Positions 14,271 through 28,399 are shown, numbered from the stretch's first letter. The stretch: DNA of 64,000 bases from Camelus ferus (GCF_009834535.1 NC_045697.1:82400001-82464000); one strand, 5' to 3'. Program-made: numbers and translations. The notes: generated from the sequence alone by a model not told the origin.

Positions 14271-16699
14271 AATATTTCAATTAGAATATTTGATTAGAAA
14301 TTAGGCATTACCATGATTTACTGCTCCCTCCTTCTCTACACTTTTTATACAAGTGAAAAATCCTGCACTGGGATCTGGTCAGCACTATTATAAGTTTCTC
14401 TGAAGAAGGTGTCAGGAGGATGCCACCATCTGCTAATGCTTGTCTACAAGACAGCATTTCATATGTAAGCCACTTAGCAACATGTCAGAGCTTTATATGG
14501 CCTCTAACATTTTGAAAATTCATTTCTGCATTAGTCAATTCATCCTTGCATTTTGAGTGATGAGTCACAGGCAGCTGCTTCATGATGTCTTCACCACTAA
14601 ATACAGGTTCTTTTCTTAATGAAAAGTATTGGGAGTAAAATGAATCTCATATACTCAGGCACCTGGTAGGGCTGATGGAAATCTTGGTTGTTTTGTTTAT
14701 ATGTAGTTATTCAAATGGTCTCTGTATATAAACAGTCACGGGTGGCCACATTTATTCTGCTTAAACACCTGGAAAGGTTGCTAAGAAAATCACAGGTATA
14801 ACTTGATTTATTTTTGGATTTATTTTATTCATCAGCTGGTTGATAACATTAATAGAATGATTCCCTATAATATTGTGTTTCAGAATAATTCAGTCTGTTG
14901 ACTATCCTCAACAAAGGCAGTCCCGAAAAATCTAGTGTTGTAGCTTTTGGTTGGTTGTTTCAAAGAGTTACAATATCTGTTCATTCACTCTAGGTTATAA
15001 TTCCTGTTTGTTCAGTTACTGCTTATTTTCTCCCTTTAATGATTCCTTGCTTAAGTTACTTACTCATTCAGCACTCACTGTACAGACAGAGCCATGCAAG
15101 GTGCTCTGAAGCAATTCTCTGACAGCTCAGAGACATCAGATCTATTCTGCCCGCTCAGTGTTTACAGATTCCATCCCTGCTCTCCCCGACTGGCAGGCTG
15201 CCAGGTGCAGAGTCATTAGCTATGGAAAGATGGCAATTGCGTTCAGTACAGCCTGCTATGCCTTGACTTGATGTCCAGATACTAAAGTTGTGGTTAGTTA
15301 CTGAGAAAAAGCTGATACCCAAGGGAAGCTGAATGGAGGAAAGAGGACAAATTTTGTAACCAAATATGAAACAGAATTCTGTTGCCAGCTTTAATATGCT
15401 GAATGGCAGTCGATGTGGAATTAATTCTTCCTAAACCTAAATGGTAGATTTGTTTTGAGGATTAGATCTAGGAGTTTATTGAAATTTTCAAGTGCAGTTC
15501 TCAAAGCTATCAAATGGTGTTAGCAGTATCTGTTGGTGTGATTATTGTTATTAAATACTAAAGGATAAGCCAGGTATTACTTTTCCTTCGAGTGTTTCGG
15601 CCCACAGTAAGTATCCTGTCCTCTGGCTTGGTGAACTGTCCTGGAGGTTTGTTTTGCTTCTTCTTTCACCGTAGATAGACTAGTGCAAGCTTGCACTCCA
15701 GTCTTCATCTTCTTCTTCTCTAATTCAACACTGACTGCATCTGCTTGATTTTCAGATTTTGAATCTAGATTTGAGAGAGAGAGAAGGAATGAGTTACTTC
15801 GTATCTACTACTTGGAACGTTTTTTTCATTTCAACTATATTTAACCTTCCATCCCAATCTTACTCCTCTGTAGTTCCAAAATCTATCCTTCAATTTGCCC
15901 TTAACTCACAAAATACGAGGATGACTTATGCCCCACTTCCCCTTTCTAAGTGAAGAGGTGCCAAGGAGTTCCTCACTTCCATAGTTGCTAGGACTTCTGC
16001 AAACCACAAACGTTGGAAAAATCATAGGAACCACGAGAGACTGTCCCTGAAAAACATCCATAAAACAGTAGGAACATTAAGTGAAAGGAAGACCAGTTCT
16101 CAGTTTAAGGTTTTGGTGTGATCTCTGCTCACAGGGGTGAGACACTGTTTGACAGCAGTGTGAGTTAAATCTTCTTTTTGGGAGAGTAAAACTATTTGGG
16201 CAGAAAAAGTAGAACAGTTTATCTGAGGTTGACTCATAAGTTACTCAATAGTAGACAAGTTTTGCAGGTTTTTGTGGTGAATTTTCTACCATCAAGATTT
16301 GGAAGATAAAGGATCCTTACTGACACTTTATCTCATAGTTCTCTACCTGCAGTGGAGTGACTTGAAGTAATTTCCCCAGTACAAGGTCTTAATTAAAAAA
16401 AAATTTAACCAACTTTATTATGGTATAATTTCTGTACAGTCACTGACCTATGTGAATATAATTTTAAAATCGTATTAAACTGATGTTAAATAAAAGGCAG
16501 TGTGATTAAATAATGACAAACGGCTATCCAAGCTAAGCTAGAAAGGTATTTATGGAATACTTTCCTTAGAAAATGACATTTATGGGCAGTTTCTGAAAGT
16601 TTTGGAAGTTTAGCAGCTGTGAGTACTGGGACATGTTTAAGCAAATCTTGGTCTCTGTGATGGCTTTTTTGTTTTTAAACATGTTGCAGAAAAGTAATA

Positions 16700-17120
16700 C
16701 TTTTTTCAGCTTTGTTAAGATATATTTTAAATGAATAAATTCATCAGTTTACAGAGTAAATTTTTATGAATTTTGGTAATTGTGTAGTCGTGTGAAAACC
16801 ACCGTGATGAAATACAGAAACTCTTCCTTATGTCTGTTTCCAGTTGTTCCCTTCTTGTATCAAATGGATCCAGACAACCACTGATCTGTCTGTTACTACA
16901 GAACTTTCTTTTCCTGGGCTTTCATATAAAGATAATTTAAAATAATATAACCTTTAATTTCTACTCTCTTTAACTTAGCATAAAGTTTTGAGATTCTTAC
17001 ATGTTGCTATGTTTGTTATTTCAATCATTTTATTGTTGATTAGTGTTCCATAGTAGGATAAAATCACATCCGTTGATAGCATGTGTTAGTATCATATTAG
17101 ATATTGTTGTATCCATTCAC
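16700..17120 (-). mobile_element. Old L1 3' UTR fragment
   Basis: tttttcagctttgttaagatata..cagacaaccactgatctg..ttttgagattc..tatccattcac. Confidence 0.7.
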
Positions 17121-17129
17121 AACATTTAC

Positions 17130-17465
17130 TAATATCACATCAGATTTCTTCTAAAGAATCTTTCAGTATTGGGAAGCCATCAGGCTCATGGTGGTGGATA
17201 CATACATTCCAAAATTCTAATTTTTGCTTGAAAGTTTAAATTGTATCATGAGAATAGATACTGTTTATCATTATCCTTGAAGTGAGTGGCTGATTTCATT
17301 AGTTTTTGAGAATATGTTTGCCAAACGTCCAAATCTGTTTAGGGATCATTCACCTATCAGTTGTGCTTTAAGTTAAAAACTGATGTTCCATGGAAAATAA
17401 TTAGTTACATTGAAAACTCAAATACTTGTACAAGTACTTTTCCTTGAGACAACTGTATAACCTGT
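17130..17465. mobile_element. hAT-Charlie1-like DNA transposon fragment
   Basis: aagaatctttcagtattgggaagc..ttccaaaattctaatttttgcttgaaag..caagtacttttccttgagacaac resembles Charlie1 internal sequence. Confidence 0.6.
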
Positions 17466-17470
17466 TGTAC

Positions 17471-17967
17471 TGTGCTATCTCAAACTGGGATTGTAAAAAA
17501 GTTATCAGGTCTGAGATTTCTTTATAAACTGAAATAATATGCTGCTGCAGTTGAGGAATGATAGAAGAAACAAGACTCATGGGTCAGAGACAGAGGATAT
17601 ACCATTTTACTGGCAACAGGTAAGGGTAGACAGAGTTTCAACATATGTGCCAGCTCCCCAAACTCCACTTCCCACAGAGAGATGTGAAGAGATGCAGGAG
17701 ATAACAGCATATGCCATGAGTTATATTATAGGTAAAGAATCCTGAGCTTGGGAACCTGAATCTTATAAGAGAGTTGTCTCCTTGACCTCTGCTTCAGTGA
17801 GAGACCTTGTCTTTATTAAACTGGGGAGTGAACAAACTTCCCTTTAGCTTCAGAGGATAATATGATCTGTATCTTTCAAGCCTATTTGTAAGAAAAGGAC
17901 AATTAGAGTCTCTTACTAGTAAGATGTTCAGAAATATGAGAAATCTATGGAGAATTCTCTCTCAAAA
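17471..17967 (-). mobile_element. 3' LTR of a decayed provirus (LTR47-like start)
   Basis: - strand begins ..ttgagagagaattctccatagatttctcatatttctgaacatctt, directly downstream of a purine-rich tract and the env remnant. Confidence 0.6.
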
Positions 17968-19330
17968 ATGTCCACTGCTAGTTTCTACACTTTTTTGTTT
18001 TTTGGTTCCTGGTGAGTTTTTCCATGAGTACATGACTTGCTTAGCCTCTTTGATGAATCTGATCATCAAAGGTTGGGACCAAATCTGTTCAGTTTGTCTC
18101 ATACAATTTTTTAATTCTCCAAGAAGCAGAGTAAGACCAGTGTATATTATTGAACTCAACTGTAACCATCAAGATCCCAGACCCAACCAGCTTAACAAAT
18201 CTCATAAACCATCAGGGTGTACCTTAGAAATCCAGGAAACTTTCTCCAGAGTGTGTTTTGGCTTTTTCACTTGGACTAAGGCATTACCACAGGTACACCA
18301 AGATGTATTTGGCATTACACAGACTCTCTCTTGGCTTTCAGGGAGGAAGTTCATAGCAATTCTATTATTCACAACAACCCTGGCCAGTGAATTCAAGCTC
18401 CCCGGAATGTCTTACAGGCTGAAGTGTTGTAACTGAACAGCTAAAGTCAGGGACTAATTTTACACCAACTTTTCTAATTTTATCTATCTCAACATAGTGA
18501 TAACTTTCCACACAATGTTATTCCCCCCAGAAACCTCCTCAGTTAACCAAGGGTAGCCTCAAGTTGGAGCAGCAATCATCTGAGTACTACACGTAGCATC
18601 CGGTTCATCTACTGGTATCTCGTTAAACCCTTGAAGGTATTTTATGACAACCCCTAAAATGCAAGTCGTAGTGTTTCCGTGAGGGGGACCCCTTAAGGTT
18701 TTGCTTCCACACAAGAAGTACAATTCTTTGGGAGTCGTTAGTGATACTGGAGACAAAATGTTGTTTACAGTTATTGGGGCCTCCCAAATAAGATCTGTAT
18801 CACTTGGGGGGATGAGTTGACAGTCCAGCTTGTCTCCTGACTAGATGGTAGATTTTAAGCTTATCAGTTCAGATAGTTCAGCACAATTTTTGTTTTTGTA
18901 GGGAGTTGTTTAGGGAGGGAGCAATAGCAAACTCAAGAGACAGTTAAATAGTTAAATTTAGTGCTCGCAGTAGTTTTGGTGAGCTCGTGGAGGGCTTTTC
19001 TCCTTTCTGAAGAAGGCTCTGGGTGTGATCGTGAAAGACAGAGATTTATGATGTTGATCCCACTTTTCCCATCTTCTCTTACTTGTATCCAGACTTGGTG
19101 ACAGAAAGGATTAGGTGTAAGGCGAACAAGGATATTATTGTAAAACTTACAGGGACCCATTATGTCGCCCACTGCAGGCCACCTGAGCCACACAGGTGAA
19201 ATAGTCAGCCATGTTCCCCACCAAATGGTTGTTATCATTATTATCTAGGAACGTGTTCGTCTAGCAGAATAATCCAAGCAGCTGAGTGAGATTAAATCTC
19301 TTAGGCTCTTGTTTGGGAAGAATTCTATTT
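17968..19330 (-). mobile_element. env: Decayed retroviral env (SU + TM)
   Basis: ORF 18202..18396 NSLARVVVNNRIAMNFLPESQERVCVMPNTSWCT = degenerate immunosuppressive domain + CX6CC; upstream LEKLV*N*SLTLA heptad and PKELYFLCG (ORF 18559..18756); many stops and frameshifts. Confidence 0.85.
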
Positions 19331-19399
19331 AGAAAGCGTGCCAATCAGGTAGACCCATTAAGGGAGAGAAAAAATATGCCAAGTCAGTGAAAAGTCCAG

Positions 19400-21290
19400 A
19401 ATTTTCCAAAGAGGCTTATATAACCTTTCACCACTTTAATGCTGATAATGACCTTGAAAGTGGCACAAGAAGATGATTCTTTTCTGGAGACAACTACAAT
19501 CAGTATTAAAGTGCTTTTCTGAGGAATATGGACCAGGAGGAGGGGAGGAAGGTCAGTAATGCTTTGAGTTAATTTTTGAGGAAGCTGATCCAGTGCTTAA
19601 CAATATCACATGAGACTGGATTGCAGAGTGCGTGGAAAGGACACGGAAATACATTCATCACGAGTCCACTTTTGAGTGGTCTCTGCAATGAAAGATGCAC
19701 TGTTGTTAGTCTACAAATGGTCCAAAAAACCAAACACATAACACAGGTCAGTTTTAAGGGCCACCGTAGTGGGGCCACAGCCAATTTTCTGTGCTACAGC
19801 AACAGTACCATAACCCAAACTGTGTCAGTGACAGTGAGATGCCACCGGTGGGAGTCAAAGGTCTGGGGTAGTCAGATTGCTGGTGGCAGGCAGAGAGAGG
19901 GCACAGGGGCCATACAGTATGGTCTTCTTCACCTGGAGACAGATGAGTCACATTTTGACAAGAACAACAGTCTGGCATGCAGGGTGGCCTCTGCTACAGA
20001 AACAAGAGTCTTCACTTTGTACCTAGCACTTTGATACGTGGATGTGTTGTGATATCTGGTGTGATGATGGATCTAAGGAGCATTGGTGATGATCCAGTTC
20101 TCATCAGAGAATTACCTTTATTCTGAGCATCTGTATTAGTGACCCAAATAATTCAACCAGCAGCTGTGACTTGCTTCCATAGTCCATAGCCCTGGTAGGT
20201 TTATCGTTAGCCTGCCATTTTATAGTTGTCAAAGTAGTTGTCCAAACTGCTAGGTCATTGGCATCCGTCCAAGGGTCAATAAAAATACCAAAAGTTTCAT
20301 CAAGGGGAGTGTTAGTCAAAACCAATTGGAATGGCCTTGATTTCTTGCCCACTTATTGTAACAACCGTTGTCTATTTTCAGTACTGGTTTGCTGTCACTC
20401 AAGTTGACCAGCCACGGTGGACACTGTTGGTTTCCAGGTTAGCTGAACCATGAGTAAAGCAGACCTTGCTACTTAGGGAAACCTCTAGGAGTTAAAGGCC
20501 CCAGTGAGCCAGCAGTGTTGCTTCAGATAGCAGAGTGGGAATGAAATTTCTTTAGGAAAGGTAAATTCAACATTTTAACCTAAAACCTTGTTGCTATGAG
20601 GTACATGTCAGCTTTGATTTTTTTTTTCTTTTAATTGAGATAAAATTGTTGTATAACATAGATTTCAGGTATACAGCATTATAAGTCAGTATTTGTATGC
20701 ACTACAAAGTGATAACCATATCAGTTCTCATCTTAAATGTACTATTTTCATTTGATAAGTCAGGGGTTTGGGGCACTTCCAATGTTGTTGGTTGTTGAGT
20801 CTGAGTTGACCCACTCCCAAAATGAGAAGGGAGGGAGAATCACATGGTGTTCATGGGTGAAGCATTCAGTTTTAGTTAGAGTTCAGTAGCAATCTGCTTT
20901 TCTAATGGGTTTTCCTGGTATCTGTGCCTGAGAGGTGATGAGTACAAGACCCCTAGGGACTCTTCTGGGTAAAGCCACCTCCCTTTTCCAGAAGCTCCAA
21001 ATATCAAATCATCAATCACAGAGACATTTTGCTCAAAGGAATTTTAAAATGGTGTGAACCTCGGAGTACCAGCACGTCTCTACCTGTATCTCTTTCCAGT
21101 CTCTGGACTCCTTCCAGCACTTATAGGACAGTGATATATAAGCATCTAACTGATACATCCCAACTACACATTCAGGTGTGAAATTTACAACAGTACATTG
21201 AATTGGCCCAAAAGACCTTACCAACTAGGTCACATTAGCATCCTTTTCCTAATGTAAACTTTGCCCAAACCCATCAGTTTGTGACCATTA
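19400..21290 (-). mobile_element. pol: Decayed ERVL/class III-like pro-pol (protease, RNase H, integrase remnants)
   Basis: Integrase-like LCYVFGFLDHL*TNNSASFIAETTQKW..FHALCNPVSCDIVKHWISFLK (~19570-19770); RNase H-like CFTHGSA (~20450) and IFIDPWTDANDLAVW; protease-like GPIQCTVVNFTPECVVGM (21033..21224). Confidence 0.8.
20618..20722 (-). mobile_element. Short L1 3' end inserted in the provirus
   Basis: poly-T + aattgagataaaattgttgtataacat..tttcaggtatacagcatt. Confidence 0.7.
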
Positions 21291-21439
21291 GGAAAGAAAA
21301 AAAAAAAGACCTCAAGATGTTAATAATATTTTTTTATCTGAAACAGTTGCTATTTTTAATACTTACATTTAGGAAATTATATTAGGAAATTTCTTTTTAA
21401 AATAAAATAAAATATATGAATAGGGTAAACAAGCAAATC

Positions 21440-21550
21440 TTTTTATTGAAGTATGTTTGAAGTACAATGTTGTCTTAGTTTCTGGTGTTCAGCATATTGA
21501 TTCAGTTATACATATATATATTCTTTATTATATTCTTTATCATTATAGGT
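21440..21550 (-). mobile_element. Short L1 3' end
   Basis: tttttattgaagtatgtttgaagtacaatgttgtcttagtttctggtgttcagcat..gattcagttatacat. Confidence 0.75.
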
Positions 21551-21719
21551 AGAGAAAGAATTCTAAGATAATGCTTTAGAAATTGCTATTTTTAAAAATG
21601 GCACCCTTTTTTAACTCTAAGGAGGCATTGAAATGTTAAAAGAATCCATGCCATACATATTATAAAGGTGGTTGTAATATATTAAATCTACAGATAACTT
21701 GGTGGAATTTTAATTGTTT

Positions 21720-22195
21720 CTTCTGGCCCATTTTCAACTAGGGATTCCTTTCCTCAAGTTCTTTATATGATTGCATCAGACAGCATTGAGATTGTAGTCA
21801 CTGAACAACCTAGCCAGACTAGATTTCCAAGTTGTTTCACTCTTGTGGGCATGACTGGCTGTTGATGCTGGATATCGGCTAGAGGTTCAGCTGCAGATTT
21901 CAAAAGGAACACGTACACATGGTTTCTTCATGTGGCTTGGATTTCTCCAGCATGGCAGCTAAGTTTTGAAAGGGAATATTCCAAGAAGGAACACCCTGAG
22001 AAAGAGCATTTCAAGGGACTTGAGTAGAAATTACACGGTTTCTTAGGGTCTATTCTCAGAAGTCCAGGTATCACTTCTATACAGTATTTTCTGTCAACCA
22101 AATTGCTAAGGATAACCAAAATTCAAAGGGAACTAACCTCTACTTTTTGGGAGGAATAGGAAGGGGGATGTGCAGACATCTTGATTTCTCACAAT
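21720..22195 (-). mobile_element. Old MaLR LTR (MLT1J/K-like)
   Basis: ctccagcatggcagct, cagaagtccaggtatcacttctat..attcaaaggg..tctcaca. Confidence 0.55.
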
Positions 22196-22971
22196 CCCTA
22201 ATGGTTTTTTACACCACATTTTCAGTACTGATTCTGCTAAGTTCATCTTCTAGAATTCGAGGCTCTTTGAAAGGAAGACTTTACAATTCTTGAGATTATA
22301 ACTTCACTTACCGGAAAGAAACATAAGTGTAGTTTTTTCATTATATTTACCATGTGAGGTTCTTCTATGCAAGAACAGTAACAGATTTGTTCTGTTTTAT
22401 TGCAGAATTCAGACAGGAACTAAAATATAAATTCCAAAGACATAGACTTCATTTAGGTAAGAAGAAATTGTAATAGTTAGAGCTTTCCAAAGATGGAACA
22501 AACTGTCTTAGGAAATGTCTTTTATTAATACTTGTAAGTATCCAAATAAAATTTGGGCTACCATCTGTTAATGAGACAAGTTTGGATTAGATGACTACAA
22601 ATTCATTTCATCCATATGTACTCATGACTGCAGTAAGGTGATGACTTACAGAGGTATCTTATCTACCATATGTTTTAATTTAGACTTGTTTTTATATAAA
22701 GTTAGGCATTTTAAAGCCATTAAAAATGCTTTTTCAATTTCCTTTGATACATTTTGAGACACAAATTGTAGTATTCTCTTTGGATAATTTTATATTTAAT
22801 TTGGGGAACAGCAGCTAATCTAATTTGAAATTGATTTAAAAATTAGATATGTAACAGAAGACTATCACTGTTTATAATTAGAGTAATTACATCTTAGAGG
22901 TATGTGATTTCGCCTTGGGAATTTTATAAACTCGTTTTGTTATTAAAGAAGACTTCTGAAAATGGCTTTGA

Positions 22972-24025
22972 ATGATACTATAAACCAGTTGGCCATACAA
23001 CTATAGAACACTATCTGTAACACAACTAACATACAGCTATAGAACACTCTTCCCATTCAGCAAAATACACATTCTTTTCAAGTGCATGTGGACTATTTCC
23101 AGGATAGACTGTGTGCTAGACTATAAAATAGACCTCAATATTTTTAAAGCCTTTGAATCATACAAAGTATGTTCTCCAACCATAGTAGAATAAAATCAGT
23201 AAACAATAACAAAGAACTTTGGGAAACTAAAAATAAGAGAATTTTTTTTAATCCACTCCTAAATAAACAGTACATCAAAGAAGAAGTCACAAGAGAATTT
23301 AAATAATGCTTAGAGATAAAATGAAATGCAGTATACCAAAACTTACCACATATAGCTTTAAACACTTATTTGTAAAAGTCTATGTTAGAAAAATAAATCA
23401 ACAACTTAAGTTTCCACTTTGAGAAACTACGAAAAGAAGAACAAACTAAAACTGAAGCAAGCAGAAAGAAGGAATTCATACAGATTACTACAGAAGTAAA
23501 TAAAATAATGGAGACTAGGAAAAAACAGAAAACTAATGAAATCAAAAGTTGGTTCTTTGAAAAGATCACAGTTGACAAGCTTCTAGATAGACTGGCCAAG
23601 AGGAAGAATTGAGAAAAAATCAAGTTAATAAAATCAAGTTTGAAAGAGAGGACATTATTACAGATCTTCCAGAAATATAAAAATAATTATAAGGGGATTG
23701 CAAAAATAATTTAATGCAAATATTAGGTAACCTTAATGAAATGGGCAAGTGCCTATTAAGACAAGAACTACCAAAACTGGTTCAAAAAGAAATAGAAAAT
23801 ATGAATAAACCTATAACAACATAAGAGATTAATTAAATAAATATTTCAGGAAAAGAGTAGCCCAGAACCAGATGACTTTGTTAATTTTATAAATATCTAA
23901 AGAAGAATTAACACCAACCTTTCACAAAACTTTCCTATAAGTAGAAAAGGAGGAAACATTTTTCAGTGAATTCTGTGAAGCCAGTATTATGCTGCTAACA
24001 GAACCAAAGACATCACAAGGAGAAA
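22972..24025 (+). mobile_element. L1 ORF2 (endonuclease to RT linker) fragment
   Basis: aatacacattcttttcaagtgcatgtgg, gaaatcaaaagttggttctttgaaaagatc, gcccagaaccagatg, gaagccagtattatgc. Confidence 0.88.
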
Positions 24026-24499
24026 AAAAAAAAAAAATATATATATATATATGTATGATGTATATGGAAAGAAAGCACATCCGTCAACAAGGTGATGAGT
24101 ACGTCATACGTTTTTCTTGTTCCTATTAGAATCTTACCTACTCTGATCTATGTTAGCACTTACTTCACCTAACTTTTAACCCTTTAATTAATTAATTAAT
24201 TAATTATTTTATGCTATTTTTCACTGGCTTTCTTGAATTTGGATTACAGAAGGGTAGTAATTTAAATCTGACTTTAAAGAAATACAACCTATTTAAATCC
24301 AGATACCACTAAGTTTCCCTTAGTGATTCCTTCTATTTTCAATGTCTGTTCATGATACAATCTACTTCCGAATGTCTATACACAATTATTACATTTATTG
24401 GAGCTTTCACTTACTAAACTTGGTTACTCTAGTCAGATTAAGACCTGGAGAATCAAATTAAAATATTAGAGTATTTAAATGAGAAATTATTATTATCAT

Positions 24500-24725
24500 T
24501 TTTGACATCAGGCAGACCTGAGTTGCATCCTGGCTTTATTCGTTAATGTTTGTGTGACTTTGGCTAATTATTTAATCCTTGTGACCACAGTTTCTATACC
24601 TGGAGCATAGGTATAAGAATATCTACTTCATATGCTGGTTTTAAGCAATAAAATAAATGAGATTGAAAGGTATTTATTTACATACAGTGCCTGCTGTAAG
24701 TAGAAACCTAACACATAGTAGTTCG
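24500..24725 (+). mobile_element. MIR SINE
   Basis: ggcagacctgagttgcatcctggc..tgtgtgactttggctaattatttaatcc..cagtttct..acagtgcctg. Confidence 0.7.
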
Positions 24726-25052
24726 TGTATCAGCATAAAGATATTTGTTAGTAAGTGCTCCATTTTATAGAATTGAGAACCGCTTATTCAATCAAGTTCT
24801 GAACTTGCTTGCTAGAAATCTACATTCCTACCCCATTCTAAAATTCTGATTCATGTGAAGAAGAAGGGGTAGAGTAGAAATTTGTAATTTGAACAAATAT
24901 CTCTAAGACTGTGTTTATGTTTATGGTAATCCAATTCTTATCATTTCTTTAAAACTGAAAAGATATATATTATCATTCAAGATAGCCATAGAAAAAAATG
25001 TTATTTCAAAATGTTTCATTTTGCTGTCATATGGACTAGGACTACTTTTGTT

Positions 25053-25086
<34 letters not shown>

Positions 25087-28000
25087 AGTAGCTTTTACAC
25101 TCACGTACATGCTTTCATCATCACTGAATTCCTTTAGAGTGATGGTTCACAAATCCTGGAGCTTTTACTTAGCATTACAGTGTTACTGACCTGATTCTTG
25201 GGACATCTAAATTTTTAGTAAACTGCCCACCAATTTTTTTAACCCAACAATATTTACAAACCATATACTTAGGGATGATACCACCTAGGCAATATTTATA
25301 AAGTACGATCACACTCACCAACTACAATTATGAGATATCTATGAAATAGTCTACCAAAACTTATTCTTCACATATTAAGAAAAAATAACAAATGTTCAAG
25401 TCAAGAATAATTAGGTTAAAAGTTACCATATTTGCAAAAAATTGACTAGAACAGAACCTGGCATTGATATTTTAAGATCCTAAGGCATAAAAGATACTAT
25501 CTATTTAAAATCAGTATAAGAAACTCAGCAGTAGACTACAGTTCTTTATAAGCAGTTTCAAGGGGATTACTATCAAAATTCAATTTTAAAATTATTCTAT
25601 TAACATATTAATGAAAAGATTTCAGTGTATTTCCCCTAACTGGGTCAGAAACACTGGTAGGATATTAGATTCAAGAGTTGCAATATTTTATGATGGTTTT
25701 ATTTTCAAAGCTCTGTGTGCCAAATTAAACTTTGGAAGGAATTTGATGTACCGTTTGATTCTGTAATTACTGACTTGGCTGTGGACAAGCCGCTTACGTA
25801 GACAGTTAGAGCTGAAAGTTGATTGCCCAGCTGTTGCTGGCACATAAAGAGACAGTCTAACTGAGCAATGGTTTCAGCCCCCATCCCAGGTTCTCTAGTC
25901 GTCACAGATATGATAGTTTGATGATTTAAAAAAAAATTTTTTAAACAGTCCATTAGAAAATCCTTAAAAAATATATAATCTTTAAATATATATGATTAAT
26001 GGTACATTTATATTCAGAAGTAGGAACTGCTAATTAAAAGTAGTCAGGTAGAATATACTGCTTCAAAATGAGAAGCAGATGTTACTTAAGAATTCTTATT
26101 TTACTAATTTATATACTTAAAGTATCAAATTATCAAAAATGATTTGTATGTTCAGGAGCTAATAAGCAATCATGGTAAAATTAATTAAAGTGAGTATTAC
26201 TTGAATTTATATCCATTTATATGAGTGTGATATAATATATCTCATAATATGCTTGTCTTCTCAAGTAAAAGCTGAACTTTGATGAGGTTGAGAGGAGTTA
26301 ACTCTGAAATATTATCGTATTTAATGCCCTTAGCAACCTGAGGATTGTGTCACCTAAACGAATTTAAAAGTCCATTTTATATTATGTTGTGGTGTAATAT
26401 TCATGAAACCATTCAAGGTCAAATTCAGAGATGGACTTTGGAGTGCATGATATTTATCTGTGACCAACATCTATAAAAAGAAGCATATTTGGGGAGAGGG
26501 GGAAGTCAAACTGTGAACCCCTCCAGTGACTTCTCAGTGTGGTCCATCGGGAGCTCTGGAGGGAGAAGAGACTGTCGGAAAGGCTTGGCCTCCAGCTTTG
26601 TGAATCCTTCATGTAGACTCTGACGGAGCCGCTCTCGGCAGGTTGTCTGCTCACCATCCTTCCTTTAACGTGGGGTTATGGCCACTTTTACATTCTGCCA
26701 TCTAATGTAGCGATGACCCTGCAGTAGCAGCACAAATTAAAACCGGCAAACAAGCAAGCTAATATTTCGACCTCTTCATGCTGAAAATTAACTTTATTCT
26801 CCCTTCACATCAATCTAAAAGAAGTCTACAAGTAAGGAACCCAGGTGGAAAAAGTGAAAGAGTAAAGAGCAAAGAAATAACCAGGTTACTCATAAGACTG
26901 CTTTGGTGAAGCCAGAGAATAACATGATTACTTTTTTCACAGAAGCTATAGAGCCCAGATTATTCCTCCCTAACATATGATTTAGGCATTCAAATATTTT
27001 GGATTAGAAATTACATTTTTTATGATGTTAAGGCCAGTTGGTGTTGACTATAACCTAAATGTTATTTCTTGGTAAGGATTAACATTTTCAATTTGGCTTC
27101 TATTTAATTTTGTCTTTCCTAATGATAGAGCTTCTAAATTCTTGACAGAAGTCTCTGAAGACAGAGGCAGCATATACTCCCTTCTGTTTAGGGGACTTTT
27201 TGAAAAATATATTCATGAGTTGGCAGAGACACAGCCGGGCATCACTGATTATCATGTCAGATGGGAGCTCTAAGGCATCAAGAATTCTCAGACATTAATA
27301 GTGGTTTTCCCACAAGGTGATTATATAAGCTGACAGTTTGGCAAAGGTAGCACACCTTGCTTATCTGTCCACTGATTGCCTCTGAAATAGGACTACAAGT
27401 GCATAGTGTTCTTGCTTACTCATTGTTAGCTTTAAAGTTCAGGTTTTCATTTTATATATACAAATATAAATAGTTGGGTTGGTGAGAACATGGTTTTCAT
27501 TACACCTCAAATCACAAAACTGTGTTCTTTGGTTTCTAGTTGAAAAATACTGTGAAATGGGTGATTTTATTTCCTGAAAGTGTCAGCCACTCAAATGACC
27601 GCACTTTTGCTTGTAACAGTGTCCTGTAACTAATGGAAAGGAAATTTTAACTTTTGTCAGTATTAGAAGGCAGTTACTCCAAATTGTCTACAACCTCATA
27701 GTGTCATGAATACAAATATTTCTGAGTGATTGTGGATGTGATTTTCACAAAAAACTGAAGCCATTGCATGAGAATCTCTGTGGTGACTCTAATACAGGAA
27801 TTGGGACTTGAGTAGTAGCCAGTGTAGGAAAACACCATTACAGGGTTTTGGTGACATACCCTCTTTGAGTCATTTGACTCGGAAGCATTTTAGACAGACA
27901 TCATATTCTCACAAATTGCCTCAGACATATGAACGTATCCCACCACATTTATCCATCATCTTTTTATAAGTTCAAAATTTTTACAGTGGTTTTACAATGA

Positions 28001-28399
28001 ACATAGAAATTACAGACATACCAGTCAAATCACTCCCAGAGTAGGTTGAGTAGGGTTGGGTGACAGAATTGAATTTCAAATTAGTGTCTCTTGCATAGGA
28101 TAAAGAGTATTACAAAACATAAAATACCTATGTACAAAATGGGAGAAGCATAGCATGTGATAGCAGATATATAATAGGTACATTTGGTATATTGGAATAC
28201 TCTGTGTATTAACTGAAATATAGGATAAAACTATAAGGTAAAAACAGAAAAACTATTCTTTGCTTCCACTTTCCGTTTAAATTATTTCTGTAGATCCTTT
28301 ATTTCCTTAATGCTAGATGAAAGTGTAAGAACTTGCCCTAGGAGTCTGTCTAGGTAAGATGGCATCCACGTTGCCGCCCTGACTCTCCATGGAATGCAA

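Noticed and set aside
17924..18436. Longest ORF in the track (170 aa, + strand)
   Set aside because: It is antisense to the decayed env/LTR; a chance open frame.
17968..19330. Domesticated env (syncytin-like) gene
   Set aside because: The env is broken by multiple stops and frameshifts, and its CX6CC motif is degenerate.
19576..20034. 152-aa + strand ORF
   Set aside because: Antisense to the integrase remnant.
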